Positions 1 through 12,527 of a stretch of DNA of 64,000 bases are shown here, one piece after another; position 1 is the stretch's first letter; each line of letters starts with the position of its first letter. Below the pieces are notes generated by a model. It saw only the letters and a list, made by a program, of their open reading frames with translations, did not search any database and had not been told where the DNA came from. The position numbers were made by a program, and so were the translations under genes. The stretch comes from Neoechinorhynchus agilis (taxonomy: Eukaryota > Animalia > Acanthocephala), in NCBI GenBank assembly GCA_051530055.1, contig CM121341.1, positions 9,092,784 through 9,156,783 of the forward strand, given 5' to 3'.

Positions 1-1
1 A

Positions 2-808
2 AACCAAACAAATCGAGTTCAACCAACTAGACGCAAACGATTGAAACATGGACCATCAACGAATAAGAATGGTACGCAACCACCAATAGTACCACATTAC
101 ACTCCACAACTTGAACACTTCGTGGAAGGATCAGTACAAATGGATAACATAGTACCAAACAATCCGGCGTTCGAACCGATAGTCTTCCCACATGAAACGA
201 ATGCGTACGATAATACAATTCCATATTCCAGAGATCAATCAATAACACAATTTTTGCCTTTCCAGCAGTGTGCAACACAGTTGATTACCGAAACAATTTC
301 CCAGCATTGTACTAATTCTGAACAACAATTTGATTTTCCCGTTATGATCAATCGAAATCCAATTGAAATGATGAATTATCCACATCGAAACCTTGCTACG
401 GTCCAACCACCGATTCCAACAATTCCGGGTGGATCAGGGCACGAAAACCCTTATTTGTTTAAGCAAAACAACGCTGCTCAGCAATACGGAATGCCGGGAA
501 ATACATCCATGCTGCAAACCATTCAAGATCACTATCCAACCTATAGAAGACCGCGAGTTGAACAGAATTTATTTCCATTCTATCAAGATTACACAACTAT
601 GGAACAGTGCAACGAGAACCCAAATGCTCAGTTCAATGGTTACGATCAAATAGTGAACTATGGAACGGAATTTAATTTCGACCATTGTGATAATTTTACC
701 AATTACTATGAACCACAATGGATGGAACAAAATGCTTCATTAGGAAGGCCTTCTTCGCTCGATGAATTCTACGGTTCAAGTGAAGGTAAAAAACGAAAAA
801 TGAACTAA
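2..808 (+). CDS. Unidentified Q/N/P-rich low-complexity coding region, 5'-truncated by window edge
   Basis: Frame is open from base 2 to TAA at 806-808 (>260 codons in AT-rich DNA); basic clusters RRKRLK and KKRKM; possible donor GAAG|GTAAAA near 785 with acceptor TTTAG| near 862 would add a short last exon. No family motif recognised. Confidence 0.5.
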   Translation, partial: NQTNRVQPTRRKRLKHGPSTNKNGTQPPIVPHYTPQLEHFVEGSVQMDNIVPNNPAFEPIVFPHETNAYDNTIPYSRDQSITQFLPFQQCATQLITETISQHCTNSEQQFDFPVMINRNPIEMMNYPHRNLATVQPPIPTIPGGSGHENPYLFKQNNAAQQYGMPGNTSMLQTIQDHYPTYRRPRVEQNLFPFYQDYTTMEQCNENPNAQFNGYDQIVNYGTEFNFDHCDNFTNYYEPQWMEQNASLGRPSSLDEFYGSSEGKKRKMN

Positions 809-1199
809 AAGAAGACTTCGCAAAGTACTAATATTAGTAGAACATCGATTAAAAATAATTTAGCTATTTCTACGGACTCAAAGATCACAGAGGAAGATAA
901 TTTTCGTTAATGATTTGCATGCTAAAAACACGGTTTTAAATTTGTATCTGCATGATCCACTCATTGATATAGAAATTATCAAGCAAGTTCATGGCATAAC
1001 GACACGTGACTTTGTGGGCTTTTTAAATAATAGTTAAAGTTTCCTAAAAAACACGGTGAACAATTTAAGAATTTCGGAATATTTTTGACGCATAAAACAG
1101 AGCTTCTATTCTTCGCAGGTATGTAACACAAAAACCATCCACAATTAACTCGCTATATTATTTCAATTTCCAGATCGCTGCTCGGCGCGACACATAGGC

Positions 1200-4100
1200 C
1201 GTTTTTAAAAACGTTAAAACGAAAAAGTCGATAAAATCGACGTAAAATAAATTGCAAAAATTTCCAAACAATGAGTTCAGTTATAAACTTAAAAGAAAGG
1301 AATTGTTGCAATGCTCCAACTCGTCCACCATTTTAGTTAACGATGAACGATTTAATACATTGAAACTCATTTTCGGAGAAATAAAACGTCAGAAAAGGAG
1401 AATCTCTTCTGAGACAAGGATTTCTCCTTTGAATCGATCTACAAAACATTGGCGAATTTAAAAAGAGAAACAAAACAAGAGAATAAGGCGACGTTTTAAA
1501 TCGTTAAAACGAAAAAGTCGATAAAATCAACTTAAAATCAATTGCAAATATTTCCGAATAATGAGTTCAGTTAAAAACTTAAAAGAAAGGAATTGTTGCA
1601 ATACTCCAACTCGTTTACCATTTTAGTTAACGATGAACGATTTAATACACTGAAACTCATTTTCGGAGAAATAAAACGTCAGAAAGGGAGAATCTCTTCT
1701 GAGACAAGGATTTCTCCTTTGAATCGATCTACAAAACATTGGCGAATTTAAAAAGAGAAACAAAACAAGAGAATAAGGCGACGTTTTTAAATCGTTAAAA
1801 CGAAAAAGTCGATAAAATCATCGTAAAATCAATTGCAAATATTTCCAAATAATGAGTTCAGTTAAAAACTTAAAAGAAACGAATTGTTGCAATGCTCCAA
1901 CTCGTCCACCATTTTCATTAACGATGAACGATTTAATACATTGAAACTCATTTTCGGAGAAATAAAACGTCAGAAAAGGAGAATCTCTTCTGAGACAAAG
2001 ATTTCTCCTTTGAATCGATCTACAAAACATTGGCGAATTTAAAAAGAGAAACAAAACAAGAGAATAAGGCGACGTTTTAAATCGTTAAAACGAAAAAGTC
2101 GATAAAATCAACTTAAAATCAATTGCAAATATTTCCGAATAATGAGTTCAGTTGTAAACTTAAAAGAAAGGAATTGTTGCAATGTTCCAACTCGTCCACC
2201 ATTTTCATTAACGATGAACGATTTAATACATTGAAACTCATTTTCGGAGAAATAAAACGTCAGAAAGGGAGAATCTCTTCTGAGACAAGGATTTCTCCTT
2301 TGAATCGATCTACAAAACATTGGCGAATTTAAGAAGAGAAACCAAATCCGAGAATAAGGCGACGGTTATAAGCCATTAAAACGAAAAAGTCGATAAAATC
2401 AATTGCAAATATTTCCGAATAATGAGTTCAGTTAAAAACTTAAAAGAAAGGAATTGTTGCAATACTCCAACTCGTTTACCATTTTCATTAACGATGAACG
2501 ATTTAATACATTGAAACTCATTTTCGGAGAAATAAAACGTCAGAAAGGGAGAATCTCCTCTGAGACAAGGATTTCTCCTTTGAATCGATCTACAAAACAT
2601 TGGCGAATTTAAGAGGAGAACCCAAATCCGAGAATAAGGCGACGGTTATCAGCCATTAAAACGAAAAAGTCGATAAACTCAATTGCAAATATTTCCGAAT
2701 AATGAGTTCAGTTAAAAACTTAAAAGAAAGGAATTGTTGCAATACTCCAACTCGTTTACCATTTTCAATAACGATGAACGATTTAATACATTGAAACTCA
2801 TTTTCGGAGAAATAAAACGTCAGAAAAGGAGAATCTCTTCTGAGACAAAGATTTCTCCTTTGAATCGATCTACAAAACATTGGCGAATTTAAAAAGAGAA
2901 ACAAAACCAGAGAATAAGGCGACGGTTATAACTCATTAAAACGAAAAAGTCGAAAAAATCAACTTAAAATCAATTGCAAATATTTCCGAATAATGAGTTC
3001 AGTTAAAAACTTAAAAGAAAGGAATTGTTGCAATGCTCCAACTCGTCCACCATTTTCATTAACGATGAACGATTTAATACATTGAAACTCATTTTCGGAG
3101 AAATAAAACGTCAGAAAAGGAGAATCTCTTCTGAGACAAAGATTTCTCCTTTGAATCGATCTACAAAACATTGGCGAATTTAAGAAGAGTAACAAAGCCA
3201 GAGAATAAGGCGCAGGTTTTAAATCATTAAAACGAAAAAGTCGATAAAATCAACGTAAAATCAATTGCAAATATTTCCGAATAATGAGTTCAGTTGTAAA
3301 CTTAAAAGAAAGGAATTGTTGCAATGCTCCAACTCGTCCACCATTTTCATTAACGATGAACGATTTAATACATTGAAACTCATTTTCGGAGAAATAAAAC
3401 GTCAGAAAAGGAGAATCTCTTCTGAGACAAAGATTTCTCCTTTGAATCGATCTACAAAACATTGGCGAATTTAAGAAGAGAAACAAAACCAGAGAATAAG
3501 GCGACGGTTTTAAGTCGTTAAAACGAAAAAGTCGATAAAATCACTAAAATCAATTGCAAATATTTCCGAATAATGAGTTCAGTTAAAAACTTAAAAGAAA
3601 GGAATTGTTGCAATGCTCCAACTCGTCCACCATTTTCATTAACGATGAACGATTTAATACATTGAAACTCATTTTCGGAGAAATAAAACGTCAGAAAAGG
3701 AGAATCTCTTCTGAGACAAGGATTTCTCCTTTGAATCGATCTACAAAACATTGGCGAATTTAAAAAGAGAAACAAAACCAGAGAATAAGGCGACGGTTTT
3801 CAGGCGTTAAAACGAAAAAGTCGATAAAATCATCGTAAAATCAATTGCAAATATTTCCAAACAATGAGTTCAGTTAAAAACTTAAAAGAAACGAATTGTT
3901 GCAATGCTCCAACTCGTTTACCATTTTCAATAACGATGAACGATTTAATACATTGAAACTCATTTCGGAGAAATAAAACGTCAGAAAAGGAGAATCTCTT
4001 CTGAGACAAGGATTTCTCCTTTGAATCGATCTACAAAACATTGGCGAATTTAAAAAGAGAAACAAAACAGAGAATAAGGCGACGTTTTAATCGTTAAAAC

Positions 4101-4650
4101 GAAAAAGTCGATAAAATCACTAAAATCAATTGCAAATATTTCCGAATAATGAGTTCAGTTAAAAACTTAAAAGAAAGGAATTGTTGCAATGCTCCAACTC
4201 GTACCATTTTCATAACGATGAACGATTTAATACATTGAAACTCATTTTCGGAGAAATAAAACGTCAGAAAAGGAGAATCTCTTCTGAGACAAGGATTTCT
4301 CCTTTAATCGATCTACAAAACATTGGCGATTTTAAAAAGAGAAACAAAACCAGAGAATAAGGCGACGGTTTTCAGGCGTTAAAACGAAAAGTCGATAAAA
4401 TCACTAAAATCAATTGCAAATATTTCCAAACAATGAGTTCAGTTAAAAACTTAAAAGAAACGAATTGTTGCAATGCTCCAACTCGTTTACCATTTTCAAT
4501 AACGATGAACGATTTAATACATTGAAACTCATTTCGGAGAAATAAAACGTCAAAAAAGGAGAATCTCTTCTGAGACAAGGATTTCTCCTTTGAATCGATC
4601 TACAAAATATTGGGGAATTTAAGAGGAATAAAAAACCAGACAATAAGGCG
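1200..4650. repeat. Tandem array, ~290-bp unit, ~12 copies
   Basis: Unit (..gttaaaacgaaaaagtcgataaaatc..ctacaaaacattggcgaattt..) restarts near 1200, 1488, 1778, 2068, 2358, 2640, 2918, 3209, 3499, 3789, 4079, 4360. Confidence 0.97.
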
Positions 4651-5145
4651 CCGACAAGATCAACGTCTAATTTTCTGTTTTTTTGTGGCATTTTTAAGCT
4701 CAGAAATTATTGCGGCCTAAAGTCACTCTATGTTTAAAAATTTGCTTGTTGTCAATAACTATAATTTATGTGTAAAAATAAAGATGAGATTAAACATTCA
4801 GAAGCGTGATTTCTTTATTAGATAGAAAAGTTCAACCAAAACTTTGATAATTTTAAACGTTTGTAGACTATTTGAAGACACCTTAATTTAAACGAAAATA
4901 TGCTGGATTAATAATACGTTTTGATTAAGATAGTAATTTTTAATTAGAAGTCGGTGGAGATTCACGGCTATTGCAAGCTTGCTTCTATGATTTTCTGATC
5001 TCGTAACCTACGTAGCTCCAGATTCAGGTTTTTGTTTTTAGGATGAACTTCAAACGAAATTCGCTAATTTTCTAAAATGTTATCCTTTTAGATACGCTTA
5101 AAAGGAAACGTCTTTATTTTTCCCGTTTTGCAAATACAAATGTCC

Positions 5146-6883
5146 TCAATGAAACAACCTAGAGGAAATCAACGTCAGAAATCCATTGATTCCTATTGGA
5201 AAAGACTCACGTGTATGGATAAGACCGATTTTTCAGAAAGAAGAAGTAGGATATTAAATTGATACCAACCATGGTCAACACAACTCCTGCCCACATAAAC
5301 TCTTAAAATTGCTGTAAGGAGAGTGTTCATAAGTTCAAAGCATACCTGATTTCCGTTTCTTACTTGATTTTCGTTTCTTTCCTGAACTGATAATTTCTCC
5401 CCTGTTGGCTTTGTCGAGCAGAATGAGACCGACTATGCCGAGTAGATATGATCCGAAAACGAGATACGTTTCAGCCAATAACTGATACGACGAACTCCTT
5501 GCAATATATTTCTACAATATTGTTCAAATAGTAAAAAAAAGAATTTTTCAATCGTACCTCAAATATATCCTTAGAGCCGTCGCCTCCGTCGAATGGCGGG
5601 TTCCTTATCTGGTTCCACATTTGTCCAGAAATAAACACGAGAACTGCCGTTACACTTAGCACAGCCCAGGGAAGGTAGGAAAATGCGTTCCGGAAATAAT
5701 AAACTGCAACGAAGAACAAGATGCCAAATACTGCCAATCGAATCAGATTGAACGCTTGTATCTTGGGTTCAAGTGATTTTAAATGAATCATGACGTTTGT
5801 TTTATCGCGAATCCATCTACATATACCTTGGGCTTCCATTTGATACCTGAGAGAATAGATTAAACGTTGTTGAATCACAATCATCCGTACTACCTTTCCA
5901 TCGGCATTGATTGCTCCAGAAATGACTGAGCCTTTAAATTGGACCAAAATATAACCAAGTGGGGAACTGTCGCAATGTGATACTAAATATATCCATTAAA
6001 ATGAGGAATTCAATGTTAAATTTTTTATTGGTGACAAAAGCTCACTATAAAACATCAAATCGTTTATCTATTGAAATTGCTATATAATATAAATATCCTT
6101 AAAAAAACTTAGGAAATGGATGTCCGTTTTGTTTAATAAAAGAATATCTCGGATATACGTTTAGAATATGACCTATATTGTTAGATGTTTACAAAATAAA
6201 CACAATCGAATATTTTGTAATCGGAAGTTTGATTGGCTTTCCAAATTTCTGGTTTCCTATGAAAAGTTTAAAATATAACTGAACGAAAAAGAATAGCTAC
6301 CGATATAATGAACGGTTTGTCAACCGTGTCGTCTTAATATTTTTAACATATGACTTTTAATCGATAAATTTGATCAAATTGATAGCGTTTTTTTGTGACT
6401 AAGTGCATCGCCTACATTTTCAGACCCATTTCGACGGTACCAAGGCTGTAAAACCAAAATCATTTCAAATGCAAACATTTAGAGACTTAAAAAATTTGCC
6501 ATTCTACCGACCTTCTCAAAGACGCTCTGCGCTTTCTGATAGTCGAGCAAAGCGAAAAACAATTTCGGCAGAGAATCGTCATTGTGTTCATAGGACTTTG
6601 AAATCGCATCAAGATGTTCTTTGAATAAGTGGCATCCGTGACAGTTGTGGCGAGGATCCATTGTGGTGAACAAAGTGACAATCCCATATCGTTCTTCAGA
6701 TAATTGATTATCATCACCTTCCAGATATCTTTTATACATTTTGCTATCGAACGATAAAACCGTTTTGTCTGCTCGATTCGTGAGGTCCTCTAGTTCGGAT
6801 ACAAGGGAACCATCGACAAAAGACAACCGCATTGTCGAAATTGTTAAAGCCACAGCAAAGATGAATTGTTGGGCAGTTTTCAT
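5146..6883 (-). CDS. TUSC3/MAGT1: Oligosaccharyltransferase OST3/OST6-family subunit (TUSC3/MAGT1-like), 6 exons
   Basis: Signal peptide, thioredoxin-like domain with CHGC, SGQMWNQIRNPP motif, C-terminal KNRSYPY; exons joined by canonical GT-AG introns (four of ~45-50 nt, one of ~0.5 kb); stop TGA at 5146-5148. Confidence 0.93.
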
Positions 6884-7404
6884 ATCTGAAATACACAGTA
6901 GAATGAATGAGCGAAATGATATATTCGACGCAATTCAAATTACAGAAAATTATTACTCTTCCTTGCTTCTTTATAATTCCAATAGGTAATGATGAACATT
7001 TTTATATTGGGTGAAATTTAAGAAACTTCTTGGGTCTCACTTATGGCCGTTGAGTACCGCCTGCACGAGAAGATTTTAAATTTCTTATAAACTGCTGAAA
7101 TACGATGTAGCCGATAAATACAAAGGTGATTTTTAAAATTAAGAGCTTTAGAATGCATTTAGGAAAAAACAATAAAGAAATAATCTCCTATTTTACATTT
7201 TCATGAAGATTGCCGTCTACAATGCGATGAGATCAACATAAACTAGAATCATAGGACCAAGTTATCTTTTGGAACGATAAAAACTCATATATGTTTTAAG
7301 AACAAAGTCTATAAAAAAAGATTTGGTGTCTTAAAACTTCTCCCACTGAAGTATACAAATTGCTCAGTCTAATCTTAGATCGTGCGCTCTTTCATTCTAA
7401 ACGT

Positions 7405-8103
7405 TCACATAAAAGAGAATCCTCCGCTCTCACGTATCATCGAGCCTAATCGATCGGACTTTGCTTTCAGTAAATAACAGAGTGTTCGTTTGTTGACGTA
7501 ATCTGAAAGGAATGAAGATAATTCGTGTTCATCCATAAGATCCTCGTGTGAACTTCGATCCTTGAGAACTTTTTGGCTTTCGGCCTGCAATAGTTATGAA
7601 TAGGAATATTAAAAACGGATTCACTAACCTCAGTTTCAGCATCGAAAGAGGATGCGGCGGTCTGAATTCGAATCCACGACATTTCTTGGGAACTCTCACA
7701 ACAGGCGGATTCTGAAATAAACTGTTAGATTTTTTTATACTAGTCCGAAAATAAACAAATTACCATGCATCTTCCACAGCTCTTCATAGCGCTTACTGAG
7801 CGATTGAGCATCTTCATACAACCTAGTCAAATCCTCTTTAGCGGCAATCAACTCGGGTTCCCTCGATAAGTTTGAAGTCGCAAGGGTACAGTTGCGTTCA
7901 CGGCAGGTTCGTTTGTGACGTTCAAGACCTTTAACGATTTCCAAATCATCGATTAGACTATTAATCTGATCTGGTTCATCCGATAGTCGTCTAAGAGAAT
8001 CAATGCTAATGTGTTCAAGACGCTCACTGAGTTCCTGTTCTGCCCCTGACCATTCCGAAACGTCTTCAGGGATCGATATACTCCGTGAAGGATTTAGTAC
8101 CAT
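7405..8103 (-). CDS. VPS37: ESCRT-I subunit VPS37 (Mod_r domain), 3 exons
   Basis: LATSNLSREPELIAAKEDL and RIQTAASSFDAETE|AESQKVL...LSSFLSDYVNKRTLCYLLKAK match the Mod_r pattern; two short GT-AG introns give a continuous frame. Confidence 0.8.
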
Positions 8104-8411
8104 CTATCTAAAATGTGTGAGCTTTTGTTTATAAAAGAAGATCAAAAAGGGTGTTGACGATTACGGTCGGTGAAAAACAATAATCAAACGTGTACAATAG
8201 CCAAAAAAATTAGAATAAGCAATCCTAGGAAAATATCAATGCAATGGCGAATATTCGCTTGCTTAATGAATAAAGCAATCACATTCACCTAATTGCCAAA
8301 CAATATTCAGGATGCCGCCGGAACCTGTAAAGCTTTTTGGATAATCTATAAGTCTTTTGTAAAACAATCGCTACCAACACAACCAAAACGTATTTGTTTG
8401 TTTTATGGACC

Positions 8412-9248
8412 CTAAGGATTGTTACCAGCGCCAATATTAAGTAAAATTGGTAGTCCATGTGGAACATAGGAAACTCCACGAGACCGTGACAACTGACTAG
8501 CAATGTCTTCACTCGCCTCTATCCGTCTAAGTTCCACAATACCCTCGCCGGCATCCTGCAAAGCTTTCGCAACCAACTCAGCAGCTTTACTGTCCCCTTC
8601 GGCGGCTATAATGGCTGCCTTTTTGTACTGTTCAGCCTTCTCAACCAAAAATCTTGCTTTCTCAGCCTCCTGCTGAGCTACTTGTTTAGCCTCGACGGCA
8701 GCCGTGAACTCATGACCGAACGTAAGGTGTGTAAGACTGATATCATCAAGAATTATCCCGAATTGAGCAGCTCTTTCAGTGAGCATCTGACAGATCCGTT
8801 GACTAACCATTTGACGTTGAGTGATCAATTCACCCGCGTCGAATTGAGCAACCACAGATTTGAGGACTTCATTGGCAATGGACGGAAGCACTCGGTCTTC
8901 ATAATCGAGACCGAGGTTAGTATATATCTTCGGCAGAAAATCAGCTTTAGGTCTGTATAGCAGTCTAAGAGTTAAATTCACTGTCTGGAGATCTTTGCTT
9001 CCAGTTGAACAAGCCACAGATCGAGGACGCGTCCGAACAGAAAATATAATTGGTTGATGGAGCCACGGGATCATGAAATGCGTCCCTTCGTCTATTATTT
9101 CTTGCTTAACACCCTGAAACCGGTCAAAGATTATAGCACGGTGACCACCTTCAACGTTGTAGAGCATTGAGTTGACCGTGCCACCCAAGAGGGCGACACC
9201 AACGCCCAACTTTGCTACGGTGTTAAAAAATCGATTAACTGCAGCCAT
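8412..9248 (-). CDS. PHB1: Prohibitin 1, intronless
   Basis: [61 protein letters not shown]; ATG at 9248 (MAAVNRFF). Confidence 0.97.
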   Translation of the reverse strand: MAAVNRFFNTVAKLGVGVALLGGTVNSMLYNVEGGHRAIIFDRFQGVKQEIIDEGTHFMIPWLHQPIIFSVRTRPRSVACSTGSKDLQTVNLTLRLLYRPKADFLPKIYTNLGLDYEDRVLPSIANEVLKSVVAQFDAGELITQRQMVSQRICQMLTERAAQFGIILDDISLTHLTFGHEFTAAVEAKQVAQQEAEKARFLVEKAEQYKKAAIIAAEGDSKAAELVAKALQDAGEGIVELRRIEASEDIASQLSRSRGVSYVPHGLPILLNIGAGNNP

Positions 9249-9399
9249 ATTGAACGATCGATTCACAGCTCGGTACCTTGAATTCGTGGAAAATCAACGT
9301 TTTGAGTAAGGATGTTCTTGTAGCAAACGGAAGAATTTTATTGGGACAGGGAATTTGTTGGATCTTAATGCGATTTCAAACATCTTTAAGTCTCTTATA

Positions 9400-11090
9400 C
9401 GATCATGAAACCGCACCGATATCTCGTACATCGGAGAAGTGATTGAATCACTTAGACTATTCTGAACCATTCACGGTTATGAGTTTTGTACGAATCCATT
9501 CGGATCCTTAGATATCTTCCCATGAGGAGACCGAGTTTCCTCTTCCCTTCAAAGTGGTATTTCGTCCCCTTTTTCTTTGTGAGTCATCGGCGATAGTGGA
9601 TTTTGATTAACTTAAATAGGGATTTAGGGTTAAAGACCTTTTTAGACCATTTCAGCACAACCACGGAATGTACAAAAAACTCCGCCAGTTTCTAATTTTG
9701 GTCTGTGTTTTAAGTATGGCCTTTTTCATGGCTGATAATTTTTTGTTGTTGTTGGCATGAAACCGCACCGATATCTCTGGCATCAGAGAAGTGATTGAAT
9801 CACTTAGACTACTCTGAACCATTCACGGTTATGAGTTTTGTACGAATCCATTCGGATCCTTAGATATCTTCCCATGAGGAGACCGAGTTTCCTCTTCCCT
9901 TCAAAGAGGTATTTCGTCCCCTTTTTCTTTGTGAGTCATCGGCGATAGTGGATTTTGATTAACTTAAATAGGGATTTAGGGTTAAAGACCTTCTAAGACC
10001 ATTTCGGCACAACCACGGAATGTACAAAAAACTCCGCCAGTTTCTAATTTTGGTCTGTGTTTTAAGTATGGCCTTTTTCATGGCTGATAATTTTTTTGTT
10101 GTTGGCATGAAACCGCACCGATATCTCTGGCATCAGAGAAGTGATTGAATCACTTAGACTACTCTGAACCATTCGCGGTTATGAGTTTTGTACGAATCCA
10201 TTCGGATCCTTAGATATCTTCCCATGAGGAGACCGAGTTTCCTCTTCCCTTCAAAGAGGTATTTCGTCCCCTTTTTCTTTGTGAGTCATCGGCGATGGTG
10301 GATTTTGATTAACTTAAATAGGGATTTAGGGTTAAAGACCTTTTTAGACCATTTCGCACAACCACGGAATGTACAAAAAACTCCGCCAGTTTCTAATTTT
10401 GGTCTGTGTTTTAAGTATGGCCTTTTTCATGGCTGATAATTTTTTTTGTTGTTGGCATGAAACCGCACCGATATCTTGGCATCAGAGAAGTGATTGAATC
10501 ACTTAGACTACTCTGAACCATTCGCGGTTATGAGTTTTGTACGAATCCATTCGGATCCTTAGATATTTTCCCATGAGGAGACCGAGTTTCCTCTTCCCTT
10601 CAAAGTGGTATTTCGTCCCCTTTTTCTTTGTGAGTCATCGGCGATAGTGGATTTTGATTAACTTAAATAGGGATTTAGGGTTAAAGACCTTCTAAGACCA
10701 TTTCAGCACAACCACGGAATGTACAAAAAACTCAGCCAGTTTCTAATTTTGGTCTGTGTTTTAAGTATGGCCTTTTTTATGGCTGATAATTTTTTGTTGT
10801 TGTTGGCATAAAACCGCACCGATATCTCGTACATCAGAGAAGTGATTGAATCACTTAGACTATTCTGAACCATTCACGGTTATGAGTTTTGTACGAATCC
10901 ATCCGGATCCTTAGATATCTTCCCATGAGGAGACCGAGTTTCCTCTTCCCTTCAAATAGGTATTTCGTCCCCTTTTTCTTTGTGAGTCATCGGCGATAGT
11001 GGATTTTGATTAACTTAAATAGGGATTTAGGGTTAAAGACCTTTTTAGACCATTTCAGCACAACCACGGAATGTACAAAAAACTCGGCGA
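9400..11090. repeat. Tandem array, ~350-bp unit, ~4.8 copies
   Basis: catgaaaccgcaccgatatctc restarts at ~9404, 9756, 10106, 10456, 10807. Confidence 0.96.
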
Positions 11091-11385
11091 GTTTTTATAC
11101 ATTGGGTGCCTAAAAAGTGCAAAAGGCGTCCAATTTTGTGGTACTTTTACTCGAGCATAAATATTCAGGCGAATATTTTTAGAATAACCAAAGTCTCGCT
11201 ATTTCACTAATTGTGACGTCACACGTTTATTTGTCCCTGTAACTCATTGAACAGGCTTAACATTAACTTCGATTAATTAGTTGAATTGGTGGGTATTTCA
11301 ATTTCCGAACTTATGCTGATTAGTTTTCATGATGAAACACAACTATATTTTTAATTCTATCCAATTGTTCCTTCGAGTGGATGTG

Positions 11386-11610
11386 TATTCTCAATGGCGT
11401 ATTGTTACACACTCGAGTTTTATTGATGTCAACCTTGCAAATTTTCAAAGCCTCAGCCTCCTCAAGCATCTAAAAATAGATGTGGCGTGGGTACCTAAGT
11501 TGGTAGCCTCGACTCGGGTGCGCGGGACCGTCGATTCCCGAGGTGATGTTTCACCTCGCAAGGTTGACTTCAATAAAACTCGAGTGTGTTACAATTCACC
11601 ATTGAGAATA
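11386..11610. mobile_element. MITE-like element with 53-bp terminal inverted repeats
   Basis: 11386-11438 is the reverse complement of 11558-11610 with 4 mismatches; outermost TA on both sides is compatible with a TA target duplication. Confidence 0.6.
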
Positions 11611-11824
11611 TATTTTTAATGTTTATCATTCTGTGAAACAAACAAACGACTATTTCAACGTAACGTCGAAGCATTGGATTAGCACCAAAAAGGTTTCGTT
11701 CAAAGTTTACAACTTAGTTCGTATTGATTTGAAGATAAAAGTGCGAAAATGACCACAATGACGTTAGTAGTTGACCAAAGATTGATTCGATTTTTTATCT
11801 GCCCATCTCAAAAAATATAGAGAT

Positions 11825-12200
11825 CATAGTCATAGCAATAATTTCTATAGTTTGAATCTCAACTTTCCGCACCAACAGAAAGCAAGTCACAATGATTTTC
11901 GCACGAATCTGTAAGGATCCTCATGATGGTACTCGCAGCAATAATTTCCATAGTTTGAATCGCAACTTTCTGCAACAACAGAAAGCAAGCCACAATGATT
12001 TTCGTACGAATCTGTAAGGATCCCCACGATGATACTCATAGCAATCATTTCTATAGTTTGAATCTCAACTTTCTGCACCAACAGAAAGCAAGCCATAGTG
12101 ATTTTCGCGCGAATCTGTAAGGATCCTCACGAAGGCACTCGCAGCAATAATTTCTATAGTTTGAATCTCAACTTTATGCACCAATAGAAAGCAAGCCACA
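11825..12200. repeat. Degenerate tandem array, 103-bp unit, ~3.5 copies
   Basis: aataatttctatagtttgaatctcaacttt.. restarts at 11837, 11940, 12043, 12146. Confidence 0.9.
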
Positions 12201-12527
12201 ATACCCTGATTAACAATGCCCATGAGGAGGCGTTTCCTGTTCTTTTCAATGAGGATTGATAAGGCTCTAGTTCACAAGACCATTTCGGTACAACTATGGA
12301 ATGTATAAACTTCCCCCGCCCCTTAGCTTATTCGTGACTCAGTCGGTTACATGAATGTAAAGGATCCGGAAGGGTGCGTACAAAACCAATGAGCGATCCA
12401 TTTCGGGCAAAGGAATTTGGCCGTGTAGCTTTCTTTGATTTCCCAACTCTCAGCAAGAAGTGCTACTCAACTCTATATTCGCGTATAAGTGTTTAATTTT
12501 CATTTCTTTTACTCTTTCTCTTGACGG

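Noticed and set aside
1252-4691. Repeated 63-85 aa ORFs
   Set aside because: Translations of the 290-bp array, many with non-ATG starts.
9625-9640. TTTAGGG telomere-like motif in the 350-bp unit
   Set aside because: Single occurrence per unit, not a telomeric tract.
11212-11224. TGACGTCA (cAMP response element) palindrome
   Set aside because: Isolated 8-mer ~2 kb from any start codon with no supporting context.
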